64,000 bases of DNA, from the NCBI GenBank assembly GCA_048013815.1, contig CM106586.1:3100001-3164000 (forward strand), written 5' to 3'. Shown piece after piece: positions 13,208 through 24,800 of this stretch. The notes beneath the pieces are model-generated. The model was not told where the DNA came from, searched no databases, and saw only the letters and a list, made by a program, of their open reading frames with translations. Each line of letters begins with the position of its first letter. Position 1 is the stretch's first letter. Source of the DNA: Setoptus koraiensis. Its lineage: Eukaryota > Animalia > Arthropoda. The position numbers and the translations under genes are program-made.

Positions 13208-16200
13208 ATGGAAGCGGAAGAATTCAAAAAGTAAATATCTTGCAGAGAGCCCGACTAGAGGCCATGACTAATCACATTGACAATGAATTGATCTGAGAAC
13301 GGCACTAACTTGAGATTGTTCTGTGAATTTCTTGCCCAATTTTCGCATCCAAACAACAACAGAGCGGCCGTTGAAATGATAGATTTTATCGTCGACTATG
13401 TAGACAATATTCGCGACAGGCCTGTATTGCCGTCTGTAGAACCCGGATACCTGAACGAGCTTATACCAGACTGTCCACCGGAAGAGGGCCAGCAATGGTC
13501 GGAGATACTTCCAGACGTGGAGAAGTATATCATGCCCGGGGTAAGTAGACTAGTCAGACGAACGGGCGCTATAGTTGATTGCACATAGTGCTTATAGAGA
13601 GAAAGAGAGAGAGAGAGAGAGCGAGATGAATAATGGCAAGATAATAATTCAGGTTATTTGTGGTGTGGCTATGGCTCTATAAAATACTTATGGTGGCGCA
13701 AGTGTCCTTATAAAGAGCAGCACTTGGCAAGAGAACGGAATAATCATGAATCAATTTTAGAGAGCGCCACCTATAATAGATGGGCGGCTTATCTAATCTG
13801 GCGATCTGATTATACATGGCTATCGCTTTTTGAGCGCTCACATGCACTATATGACTATCACGATACATATCATCATAATTATCATCGCCATTGCGAGCAG
13901 AGGCATTTATTATCATTATATCCAGCGCAATATAATGAGTAGTGTGCGCTAGTTAAATGTGCGAAGAGATAAGAATATGCCGAGATAAAAATGCTCCTTC
14001 CGACGCTCCTTATGTGACAACTAGAGGCTTTAGTGTATGTCAAGAGATAGCGATCTGTCTAAGATTTTGGGATCTGTTATGGTTCATTCATTCAGACTGT
14101 CCAATGTTTGGCTTGTCAACGCAACAACACGTAAAAGCGACGATAAATCCATTGGTTACTCCGTTGGTTGGTCTATTGGAAATCTCTTTTCATTGGTGGC
14201 CAATTGATGACGCACAATGCTCTCGATGTCACTGTCATTCATATCCAATGAATTGAGTGAGGCTACCCACTAAGTTATGGTAGCAATCAATCAATTTTGA
14301 CTAACGCGAGCCACCAGCTAGCCCGGTGATCTGCCAGAGATTGAATGTCAACGCGAGGGCCGCTTGATTTTTCGCATCACGGATTAGATTGTTGTGTAAG
14401 AGTGCTGTCAGTGCTCGGTCAGTGTTCGTTCCATCTAATTTCACCTATATATCGTTACATGATGACCATGGTACGCTCCGATTGCTTTAGTGGGGTTGGC
14501 CCCATTTGCTGATCGGAACACCAGTCCGAATAGTTGACCACTAGTGCGACTTGCAGTGCATCACTAATCGGAATGTCATTGTTGCGTATAACACGGAGGG
14601 ATAATAATGTAAAGTCTGGATAGAGGCTCAGCTGGCACGTGCCGACTGAAGAAGCCAAATGCTGGCCGACATCAATACTAGCCGCCGTTGTTCCATTTAA
14701 TTATAAAGAACGTGTTTCGCTCTGCTGACCATTGTGCAATTGAGCGTGGCGGGGCCAACTTGATTTAATTGGCTGTTATTATCACTGTCGTGGCGCCTAG
14801 CGCGTCTCTGTCATCAGGTACCGATGAGTTCCATCGACATATGAATTGTCAGCTATGCACACCAATCAATTATATTATCGTGTCACACAACTCATAATGG
14901 CGATCATGATTAACATTCCCTTCAACAATCCCAAATTACCCCTGCAAACATGTCTATATTTATCAGATGACTCATTGGCACTCGCCCAGGTTCCATGCAT
15001 ATTTTCCCACCGCCCAATCTTATCCCGCGATTCTCGGTGACATGCTCACCGGAGCTCTCGGTTGCATAGGCTTCAGTTGGGTAAGTTGGCAGCCGCTTAG
15101 ATTTGTCGTTGACACTGGACATTACATATGAAATATCTCTATTTTGGGCCATTTTTCCACTGTCCATTGTATCTCATTTATAGATAGCCAGTCCGGCTTG
15201 CACCGAGCTAGAAATGAAAGTAATGAATTGGTTGGCCGACATGATTGGCCTGCCGAGCGATTTCAAGTTCAATGCCAGCGCAAACTGCAAGGGCGGAGGA
15301 GTGATACAGGGCACCGCCAGTGAGGCCACTTTAGTTGCTTTGTTGGGAGCCAAGGCAAGAAGTGGCAATCTAGAGAAGAAGCTGAACGGCGATTGGGGCG
15401 CGCCAGTGGTCAAAAGTGCACCAAAGGTCGACTCAAACAATAACGACACAAAGCCAACAGATATAAACAACAATGACACGGCAATGTCGCCAAATCAAAA
15501 CAATGAATTCGCAATTGGCAACAATGAAACAACAACAGCAACACCATTGACGGATCGTTTAGTTGGCTACTGTTCGGAGCTGGCCCACTCATCAGTGGAA
15601 AGAGCGGGCCTATTGGCGGGCGTGAAAATCGTCTCTATTCCGTCGGATGACAATTGTCGATTGCGAGGCCAACAATTACGCAAACAAATCGAAGAAGACA
15701 AAAGTAAGGGTCTAGTTCCGTTTTTCGCTGTGTGCACTCTGGGCACAACCAGTGTATGCACCTTCGACGATCTCAACGAGATGGGCCAAGTGTGCCAACA
15801 ATACGGCCTCTGGCTTCACGTGGACGCAGCCTACGCAGGAAGTGCTTTTGTCTGTCCGGAGTTTCGTCACCTGATGGCCGGCGTTGAGGTAAGTTTAATC
15901 TTCAAATTGTTATGGTTACTATGGCTACGTTTGTCTCATGCGTATCAGTGATGAATGATACTTATCATTGACGCGATTTAGTCTGGCTCGATGCACGAAA
16001 TATTTGATATTGGATATCAGATGGCGACACTCGTCGGCTGGTCGACAATTTCGACAATAATCGACATTGGGCTGCATTAGCCGGCCAGATAATCGCAGCA
16101 ACGACATCGACATTTTATGCTGTCGAGATTTGATACGTCGAGCATGACTCGATGCTGCTTTAATCAATCGATTACTTATCATAATAAAACATTATAAATA

Positions 16201-17388
16201 CTGAATCAAACAACGAACAATCAGCTATGCGATTCGTTCAATTTCAATCCCCACAAATGGCTGTTGGTAAATTTCGACTGTTCGGCATTCTGGATAAAAG
16301 ACAGTAGCTACATGGTGGACGCCTTCAATGTGGATCCATTGTATCTCAAATACGAACAACAGGGTCGGATACCCGACTATAGGGTAAGTAGATCAGCTCG
16401 CCAGATAAATAATGGGCACAATAGTAGAGACCTTAGTTTATCATATCACTTTACTGATTGCATAATATCTCAAACGTGCACTTTCGAGCAGCATTGGCAG
16501 ATCCCTCTGGGCAGGTAAGTTGGCGAAGAATTCTTCGCTGAGAGACACGTAATTTATTCAGATTATCACACCATTACAACTGGTCGTTTTGGCCACCATA
16601 CTGACACTTATTCTGTTGTTGCCAATGTTGTTTTGCCACCAAACAATTGCAGAAGATTCCGATCGTTGAAGATATGGTTCGTTGTCAGATCTTACGGTAT
16701 TGCTGGTCTTCAGCAATACATTAGAAAAGTAAGTGGCCGCCCCAGATTCATTGTGCACACAATTCCCACGTCAAAGCGCATGTGATTTACTCATGAGAAT
16801 ATATCTCAATTCATCTTATCTATTGTTGCTGTTTCTTTCATCGTCATTGGTGATCCCATTGTCAAAAATGGCAACAAACTCCATTTTCAATCTAATCCAA
16901 CCAACTAATTACTCTGCACTCTAAACAGCACATCGAGCTTGCAAAATACTTCGAGAGTCTGCTGTCAACCGACGATCGATTTACTGTCACTCATCCGGTT
17001 GTAATGGGATTGGTTTGTTTTCGCTTAAAGGTGAGCGTCTTGACGTTTTATCTAGCACGTGTATGCGTGCTCTCCCCATGTCGCACTAATCAATTTCTAT
17101 GATTAAATGAATAACTTATCTCTAATAATCATCTTCATAATGGTATGCAAACCATTGATGCAGCACTCCGATGAGTATTCCGAGCTACTGGTCAAAAAGA
17201 TAAATGAGAACAAAATCATTCATTTGTGTCCGTCAGAAGTTAAAAAACGTTACATAATCAGGTTTGCCATTTGTGCTAAATCTACCAACAAGCAAGACAT
17301 TGATTTCTCTTGGGCTCAAATATTGCGTCTGACAGATGAGCTCTTTAACGAACGTGCACACCAATTAAAGTCAATCAATAATGGCTAA
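13208..17388 (+). CDS. Ddc: Aromatic L-amino acid (DOPA) decarboxylase; exons 13208-13230, 13363-13540, 14967-15080, 15184-15888, 16225-16383, 16492-16514, 16653-16728, 16929-17030, 17164-17388
   Basis: Exons join in frame at GT-AG sites. Motifs [47 protein letters not shown] (PLP lysine) and [12 protein letters not shown]; Gly at this last position is typical of DDC, whereas HDC and TDC have Ser. Confidence 0.95.
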
Positions 17389-18667
17389 TTAACTCGTCAT
17401 ACTACTAATTGCTGGCAATAGTAATGCTCGCTTTATTTGTGTGACGCAAATTGTGTCTCACTACACTAAACCGAAAACAAACTGCTACAGACAAAAAAAA
17501 ATATATTATCAAACTACAAAGGACAGAAGAGCACAAATTCTCACAACGTCATGATATAAATGAACAAATAAAGTTCACGAAAATGGTCGCGCCATTGACA
17601 AACCATTTATTTATCTATCCTGATTGATTCAATGGGATTGCAATTAAATGGAGGGCGGTCTCTCTCACTCTTGATCGCTCTCAATCAATTATCTATCTGT
17701 GCTATCCCTTGGCAACCATACAGCAGCAAGAGTAATCAATCACTCTACGATTGAGAACACTTTTGGTATATTTCTTGTATCCGTCTATTTGTATTTTTGC
17801 AAAAGATATGAGCAGCTCCAGATGGATAGATTCTGATTGCTTTATACACCAACTATAATGGTTTTTCATTTGATTTGTCACAAACACAATGAGACGATTT
17901 GTTCCGGTCGCTCTGGCAAGCTGATTGACACTTGCAATATGTGTGCAAAACAAAGATCCGTTAGATGATTTGGCGATTACCACTTTTTGGGCCTATAAAT
18001 ATTCTAGGCATTCAGTTTGTTTGTCGTTTCTGATGAATTCCCCTCCATATGGTGTGAAGTGCATCCTTGGTGCGGAAACAATGGCAGCAATTTACAATTG
18101 ACAATTGTCAATTTGCGATGAGACCCAATTCTTTTTGAAACAACTCATAATTGACATTCAGCTGACACATGAGAGAGCATAGCGACAGACCAAATGAATT
18201 GATACAATTCAACGATTCAAGTGTCTGATATTATTGTCTCGCTAAAAATAGATTATATTCGCCAATCACTGTAGAAGTAAAATCAACAACTAACCGACCA
18301 TACATCTCATCTAGTCTGAAAGAGCTTTTTTTTGATACAACGATGACTCATTAAATACTATTTACCAGCGATAATAGAAAATATAATGATGAATGTCAAC
18401 AAAATATCACGTGATACAAATTGACACTCATCATTAGGCAATTATTTCGATGATTAGTTAATAATTGCACTTGATTGTCAGCAATGAGAATTGTTGTTGC
18501 TGTTGTGGTTGTGGTTGTTGTCGACTATACAAGTGTATCACAAGTGCCGGGCTGCACGTATGATGTAACAGTCACGAGTGGTTATTATTCATTGTGTGTT
18601 TGAATTAAGGGACACTGAATAATAACAAATTGATACATAGACAATTCATACAAAGTATATTCTTTTT

Positions 18668-18672
<5 letters not shown>

Positions 18673-18750
<78 letters not shown>
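18673..18750. repeat. (TC)39 microsatellite
   Basis: Perfect dinucleotide run. Confidence 0.97.
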
Positions 18751-18753
<3 letters not shown>

Positions 18754-19375
18754 GGCACACTTGACTCAGAGTTACGGGGGTTATTTCCGTGATTGACGCT
18801 CACAATTCTTCTCGGGGCAACATCTTGCTGAGGCCATCATCTGCACCATCATAACCATCATGAGCATTAATAATATTATCATAATCATCACTAACATCAT
18901 CATCACCATTGGCAGTAGTGGCATTAGAGGCAGGTTACGTCAGCGGCTAACAACGAATTTGATGTGAAAATAGACAGCTGATAGGAGGCGAATCAAATTT
19001 TGGCGAGGCACAATTGACAAACAGACTCGGTGCTCTCGATAGTGTTAACATACGCTAATTGGTCTATGCTGATGATTGTCTCCTTGCCAGTAAATTGTTG
19101 ATTGTTGTTGTTATTTAATCAAGTGTTTGCACATGGTTTTCCCATTTAAATTTAGTGTTGTTTGTTTTTCTCTGGTGGTTGCCATGCAAAAACAGCGCTG
19201 ACTCACGATGCTCGGGGTGTCCCTTTAAGCGTTGTGTCCGTGCTGTTATCTTGCTGGCTAGCTAGCTTGCCAGTGATGATGAGAAACTCGTCGCGAGATG
19301 AGGCATTTGATATTGAATATTGAATTGAAATAATTGAATAACGACGAGCGTGCATGCATCGGACCAGAAAACTTT

Positions 19376-19470
19376 AGATATTCACGGTAAAGATATCCGC
19401 GGTAAAGATATCCATGGTAAGGATATCCGCAAAATTGATATCCACAGTAGAGATATTCATCGTGAAGATA
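19376..19470. repeat. 15-bp-period minisatellite, about 6 units, GATATC core
   Basis: agatattcacggtaa / agatatccgcggtaa / agatatccatggtaa / ggatatccgcaaaat / tgatatccacagtag / agatattcatcgtga. Confidence 0.9.
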
Positions 19471-20141
19471 ATTGATGTCGCTAGTAGATAGAGGGCACTT
19501 AGAATAACCTAATTACAGCAATCATCATGTCACACAATTAACCGGCATTTAGTCTTGCTGTCATTTACATGTATCTATGCAAGTCATCTAGTGACTAGCT
19601 AGTTAACTTGCCAGACAACTGAGCAGCTCGATAAGTCGAGCTGGAGCTTGGTGCGCCACCAATAATACCTTGACATAAACGGCAAGCAGCGCCTACTGAA
19701 CTATAGAGTGACATACACAGATTAATACGAGATATAATACAGCGAGACAAGATAATTTTGTGGGTGCCAGAGATGTTGCGCATGCGTTTCCGCCTGTCAC
19801 TATCGCTTTTGTCTGCAGTGTCGTATCCCAAAACAGATAGGCTGGATAAGAGCGGCCCTAAGTGGCGATAATAATTATCAATTATTGCTAGTATACCATT
19901 GGTAGTGTAGCAAATATTGTGATATAAATTAGCGCCGCAACTCACATCTACTACAACTCAGATCCGTGACACACACACACACACACACAACAAGAAACGT
20001 TTATTATACAAGTTTATAAGTTCAACGAGGGGCCCACAATTTAATTTATCCACTGATAATAAATAAAGATATTAATCGCGGCATAACACATCATTCGCTA
20101 TTAGCAGCATTGCAGCCAAGCCAATTCACAACAGCTTAGTA

Positions 20142-21336
20142 ATGAACGGAAATACGAGCAACATCTCAGTTGCGGCCTCGCTGGTCAACGAAACCAATGG
20201 CACATGCGACCAGGATCAAACCTTAAAAGTGTGCCGTCTCAAGCAAGTAAATGGCGTCTCAACCACAACAACAACGCCAGAAATCGCTGCCAGCAACGAC
20301 AACGAAATGATCAGAAGCACCAGCAGTGTCAGCGTAATTGGCTTGCCAAAATTAAACGAGATGACCCTGTCATACAAGAGCCTATTGTCGGCCGTGGGCG
20401 AGGATATCACTCGCGAGGGCCTCCTAAAGACGCCCGAGCGAGCCGCAAAGGCGCTCCAATTTTTCACCACCGGCTACCACCAGGACATCAGGGGTAAGTG
20501 AGCATTTCGCTGATTGATCGCTCGATCAGATAAAAGTTTCCAATTTCACCGGCCAACTAGCTATCTCATCGACTAACAACTGGCAATTTCACCGGCCAAC
20601 AATTTCATCAACTGACAATTTTATTAATCAAAAATTCACGCAATATGACGCTGGCACCCAACGGTTGGGTGAACAGAGGTGCTCAATGACGCCGTTTTCA
20701 CCGAGGATCACGACGAAATGGTCATCGTGAAAGACATTGAAATGTTCTCATTGTGCGAACATCATCTAGTACCCTTCTTGGGCAAAGTAAGTGGCCACTG
20801 TGTCGCCATCTAGCCAGCTCTACAATTAGATGATTAGTTACAGTGATAGCTAATGTTATAATATCTCATTTGTTGCCACACCAAACAATCCGTAGGTGTC
20901 CATCGGTTATCTGCCAAACAACAAAATATTGGGCCTCAGTAAGCTAGCCAGAATAGTTGAGGTGTTCAGTCGGCGCTTGCAAGGTAAGCTGCACAACAAT
21001 TGTACAATATTCTGAATGTTCTACTCGTGTAATGTGGTCGCTAATTGGATTCGTTTTCGGTCTCTCCATCTATCCATTTGTGTCCAGTTCAAGAGCGTCT
21101 CACCAAACAAATCGCCCAAGCCATGATAGACGCTGTAGAGCCTCAGGGAGTGGGAGTGGTAATCGAGGCCAGGTGAGTGCCGGCAGCAACACGCTGCTCA
21201 TAGTAAATATATTATCTCTAGCTAAATCAATTCGCTAATTAACTAATTAATTATTGTATGTATTATTCATGATCCAGACACATGTGCATGGTGATGCGCG
21301 GAGTGCAAAAGATAAACGCCAACACCATCACAAGTT
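20142..21336 (+). CDS. GCH1: GTP cyclohydrolase I (3' end lost in gap); exons 20142-20493, 20677-20786, 20896-20983, 21088-21172, 21278->21336
   Basis: [66 protein letters not shown] and [11 protein letters not shown], joined in frame by GT-AG introns. Confidence 0.96.
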
Positions 21337-21836
21337 NNNNNNNNNNNNNNNNNNNNNNNNNNNNNNNNNNNNNNNNNNNNNNNNNNNNNNNNNNNNNNNN
21401 NNNNNNNNNNNNNNNNNNNNNNNNNNNNNNNNNNNNNNNNNNNNNNNNNNNNNNNNNNNNNNNNNNNNNNNNNNNNNNNNNNNNNNNNNNNNNNNNNNNN
21501 NNNNNNNNNNNNNNNNNNNNNNNNNNNNNNNNNNNNNNNNNNNNNNNNNNNNNNNNNNNNNNNNNNNNNNNNNNNNNNNNNNNNNNNNNNNNNNNNNNNN
21601 NNNNNNNNNNNNNNNNNNNNNNNNNNNNNNNNNNNNNNNNNNNNNNNNNNNNNNNNNNNNNNNNNNNNNNNNNNNNNNNNNNNNNNNNNNNNNNNNNNNN
21701 NNNNNNNNNNNNNNNNNNNNNNNNNNNNNNNNNNNNNNNNNNNNNNNNNNNNNNNNNNNNNNNNNNNNNNNNNNNNNNNNNNNNNNNNNNNNNNNNNNNN
21801 NNNNNNNNNNNNNNNNNNNNNNNNNNNNNNNNNNNN
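21337..21836. other. Assembly gap (500 N)
   Basis: Run of N. ORF-track entries that span it are artefacts. Confidence 1.
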
Positions 21837-24800
21837 GCAGCAGCAGCAGCAAGTTTAGATATATATGAATCTCAAGTTGCTAAAATATTAAATAATGTAT
21901 TAAACAGTTCAATTCAGTCAGGTTAGGCAACAGTCGGGCCGGGCTAGCGAGCAAACAAATGCAAAGAGTTTATTATAGAGAGTTGGTAGATAACAGGATA
22001 ACAGAGTAAGTGACATCAGTTGACCCCTTTCATGTATGTGTGTTATAAGTGAGTAAACTTTGTATACACACATGATATATTAATACACATATAAATAACA
22101 TATAGATAAATATTGTCGTGTTGTTTTATCCCTTGCGTTAATTTCTTATCATGGCACCCACTTACTGTGTGACCATTAAATGACGACGATGATCTGTGTG
22201 TACCCACTGCTCGATTGCGCGGTGCTGGTACGGGCACAACGCCAGCAACGCCAACAACCGCAACCACAATGAGTGCTTATTTGCGTTGGCAAGATCGAGT
22301 GACAACAAGTTGTTGCTGAATTATTATATGTGAACGTCGAATCTCGTCTCGCCAACGCGACAACAAAGCGGGCCACATATCGCAAGCGACACAGCGCGAT
22401 GTTATGTAATGGCAGCGCCACAAGACAAACAATCAGCGTAACGTTACAAGTTGCAGCAGAAACGACAAAGTGCTTTTACGATGACTTTATTTTATTTATG
22501 TGTATCGTCATTAGTGATATTAATATCATTTTTGTTAATCACATACATTTATACCTACACGCCAATCGGGTATGACACGCTGGCCATGACGAAACGGATT
22601 ATGTAGTTACGAGGCGAGCCTGCCAAAGTGTTAATTACAATTGCCGCCAACTAATCCCATCATTGATCAGCATGCGCGTTGCGTGTGTCTGCAGTTGTCA
22701 GTTGTTGCTGCTGCAATTGTTGTTGTGGTTGCTGTTGTTGTTGCCGTTGTTGCCGTTGTTGTGGTTGCAGTTGCTGTTGCTGTTGCTGTTGTGGTTGCTG
22801 GCAGCGCCGGTGAGCTCCGGCGAGTGTCGAGCCGCAGATCAAATCACTAATCATAATCCGCTGGCTAATGCAATGCGAGCTGCACGAGCCGCCAGTGAGG
22901 CGAACCGACAACGCGAAGCTTCTTTTAAAACCACTCGTTGTTGCGGTTGCTGTTGTGGTTGTTGTTGTTGTTGCCTCGAATATTGTTAACATTCGAGGCA
23001 CACACTGGTGTCATGTTAGCCTGTTGGTGTGCCGGCGCGGCATTGATTTTGTAATTGACGAAAGTTGGTTGCGAGTGAGCAACAACAACAGCAACAGCAA
23101 CAACAACAACAACAACAACACACATACTACAACATAATATATATTGTGTGTCACTAACACGCTAAGGCAACCATGTGATATCAGCTGACAATATCGAACA
23201 ATTTATGTGAGCTCATATTCGAGCATCCTCTCAATTATCTGCCGCCGTCTCGCTTGCCAATAATTATAATTCGGCAAGCTTGGCAAGATTGTGAGCGCGC
23301 AGGTAAGCGCGCCTACCTGTGCTAGGCGCTATGCTTAAGTTGCGTAACATTAACAACCACAACAGCAACAACAACAACAACAAGTTTACAGCCGATAGCA
23401 GCGCGCTGATAAAAAGCGTTCAGTTGCCCACTGACAATGTGAGATCACTTTTACTACTTGGCTCAACTGCGATTCTTGCTCTTCACTTGTAGCCGCTCAC
23501 TTGTAACCGCTTATCAACTTGGTGTGGGCGCTTCCGTGTGCCGGCTCGCCTTTCCACTGTCGACTGTCGGCTACAATTATCATAAATAAATCATAAATGA
23601 AAACCATAGAGAGCGCCATTAGTGACAACTGAACTTAGTCTGGCCTTACTCTCTCGTCAGTTCACCGGTTTACACAGCCAGCCAACACAGGCCACCAAAG
23701 AGCGAGTTGTCCGAGCGATGATGCAATTAAGATTATTATTATTCATTGGGTGTAAATCATCGTCGCAACAACAAGTGTCACCGTTGGGTCTAACAACCAG
23801 ACAGTTGTAAAAAACACAACTGCCTGCCCGATGATGATAATTGATCATATGATAATTGTTGATCTATATGTCGCGTCCACCTACTCATCACTCACATCGG
23901 CGCCTGAGCTGACTCGAGCCAGACATGTCTGGCCCTTTCTGTGTCTTGTCATAGCGAGATTTCGTTTATCCGGTGCTGTGGCCGGCTAACACACACACAA
24001 TCTTATTACATCATATATCATGATAGAGACGCGTCCGAGCGGCATGATCTCAATCGATCACTATCCATGCATATTGCTGCTCGATTAAACGGCATCCGAT
24101 TGGGGCCACAGTTGCCTATCGCACAAACTAGACACATATCCATGTTCACCGACAACCGCTATCGAGTCGCTGTTATTTTGAAAAAATTCAACAAAACATG
24201 AGATATTCATCGGCAGTTGACAGTTGAATATTTATACCGGTTTCACCTGAGTCACTGTCATCATGATTCTGGTCCTGCAATAATTCACTTTGCTGCCTAT
24301 ACTGGCCATCGTATTGATTGTGAGATTGAGGCATGTTGTGCACCTCTGGTTGCCGTTGCTTGTGCATCCGCACATGCCACTAAATCACTCCGAAATTTTG
24401 AGTCCGAATGGGTTTATTTGGGTCGCATTTATATTTATATTTTTGAACGTTGCGAAAAATATGAATGGTCAAAGTTGCCTGAAAAAGTTCGCATGGGCTC
24501 CAATCTCTGGAATCGCTCCATCTTTTGCCCATCATGAGTGGACAAAATCACTGCCACTCGCAGTGTATCGAAGTGTTTTCGCGAAATCCGTTGAAAATGT
24601 CAGTTTAGCTAAAAGAATGAAAGCTAGTTGATTGAAACGTCTACGGAATGCACGCCTATGTAGTCTCCGGAAATGAAATGCCCCGTGATAGGGACATTTC
24701 TGTCCAGACTCTGGCCACACTCACTGGCTCGAAGATGGCCATTTGTCTGCAAGTGATCACAATAGTCACAATCGGCAAGGCATACGGTTGGATATCGATG

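Noticed and set aside
18790-18930. Minus-strand D/N-rich frame ending REEL* (ER-retention-like)
   Set aside because: There is an in-frame stop just upstream, no ATG or suitable acceptor, and it is built from CAT repeats.
21254-21926. ORFs running through the N block
   Set aside because: Artefacts of the 500-N gap; the frame cannot be carried across it.
22641-23137. Poly-Q, poly-L and poly-V ORFs on both strands
   Set aside because: Explained by GTT/GCT trinucleotide repeats; no domain or convincing splice context.
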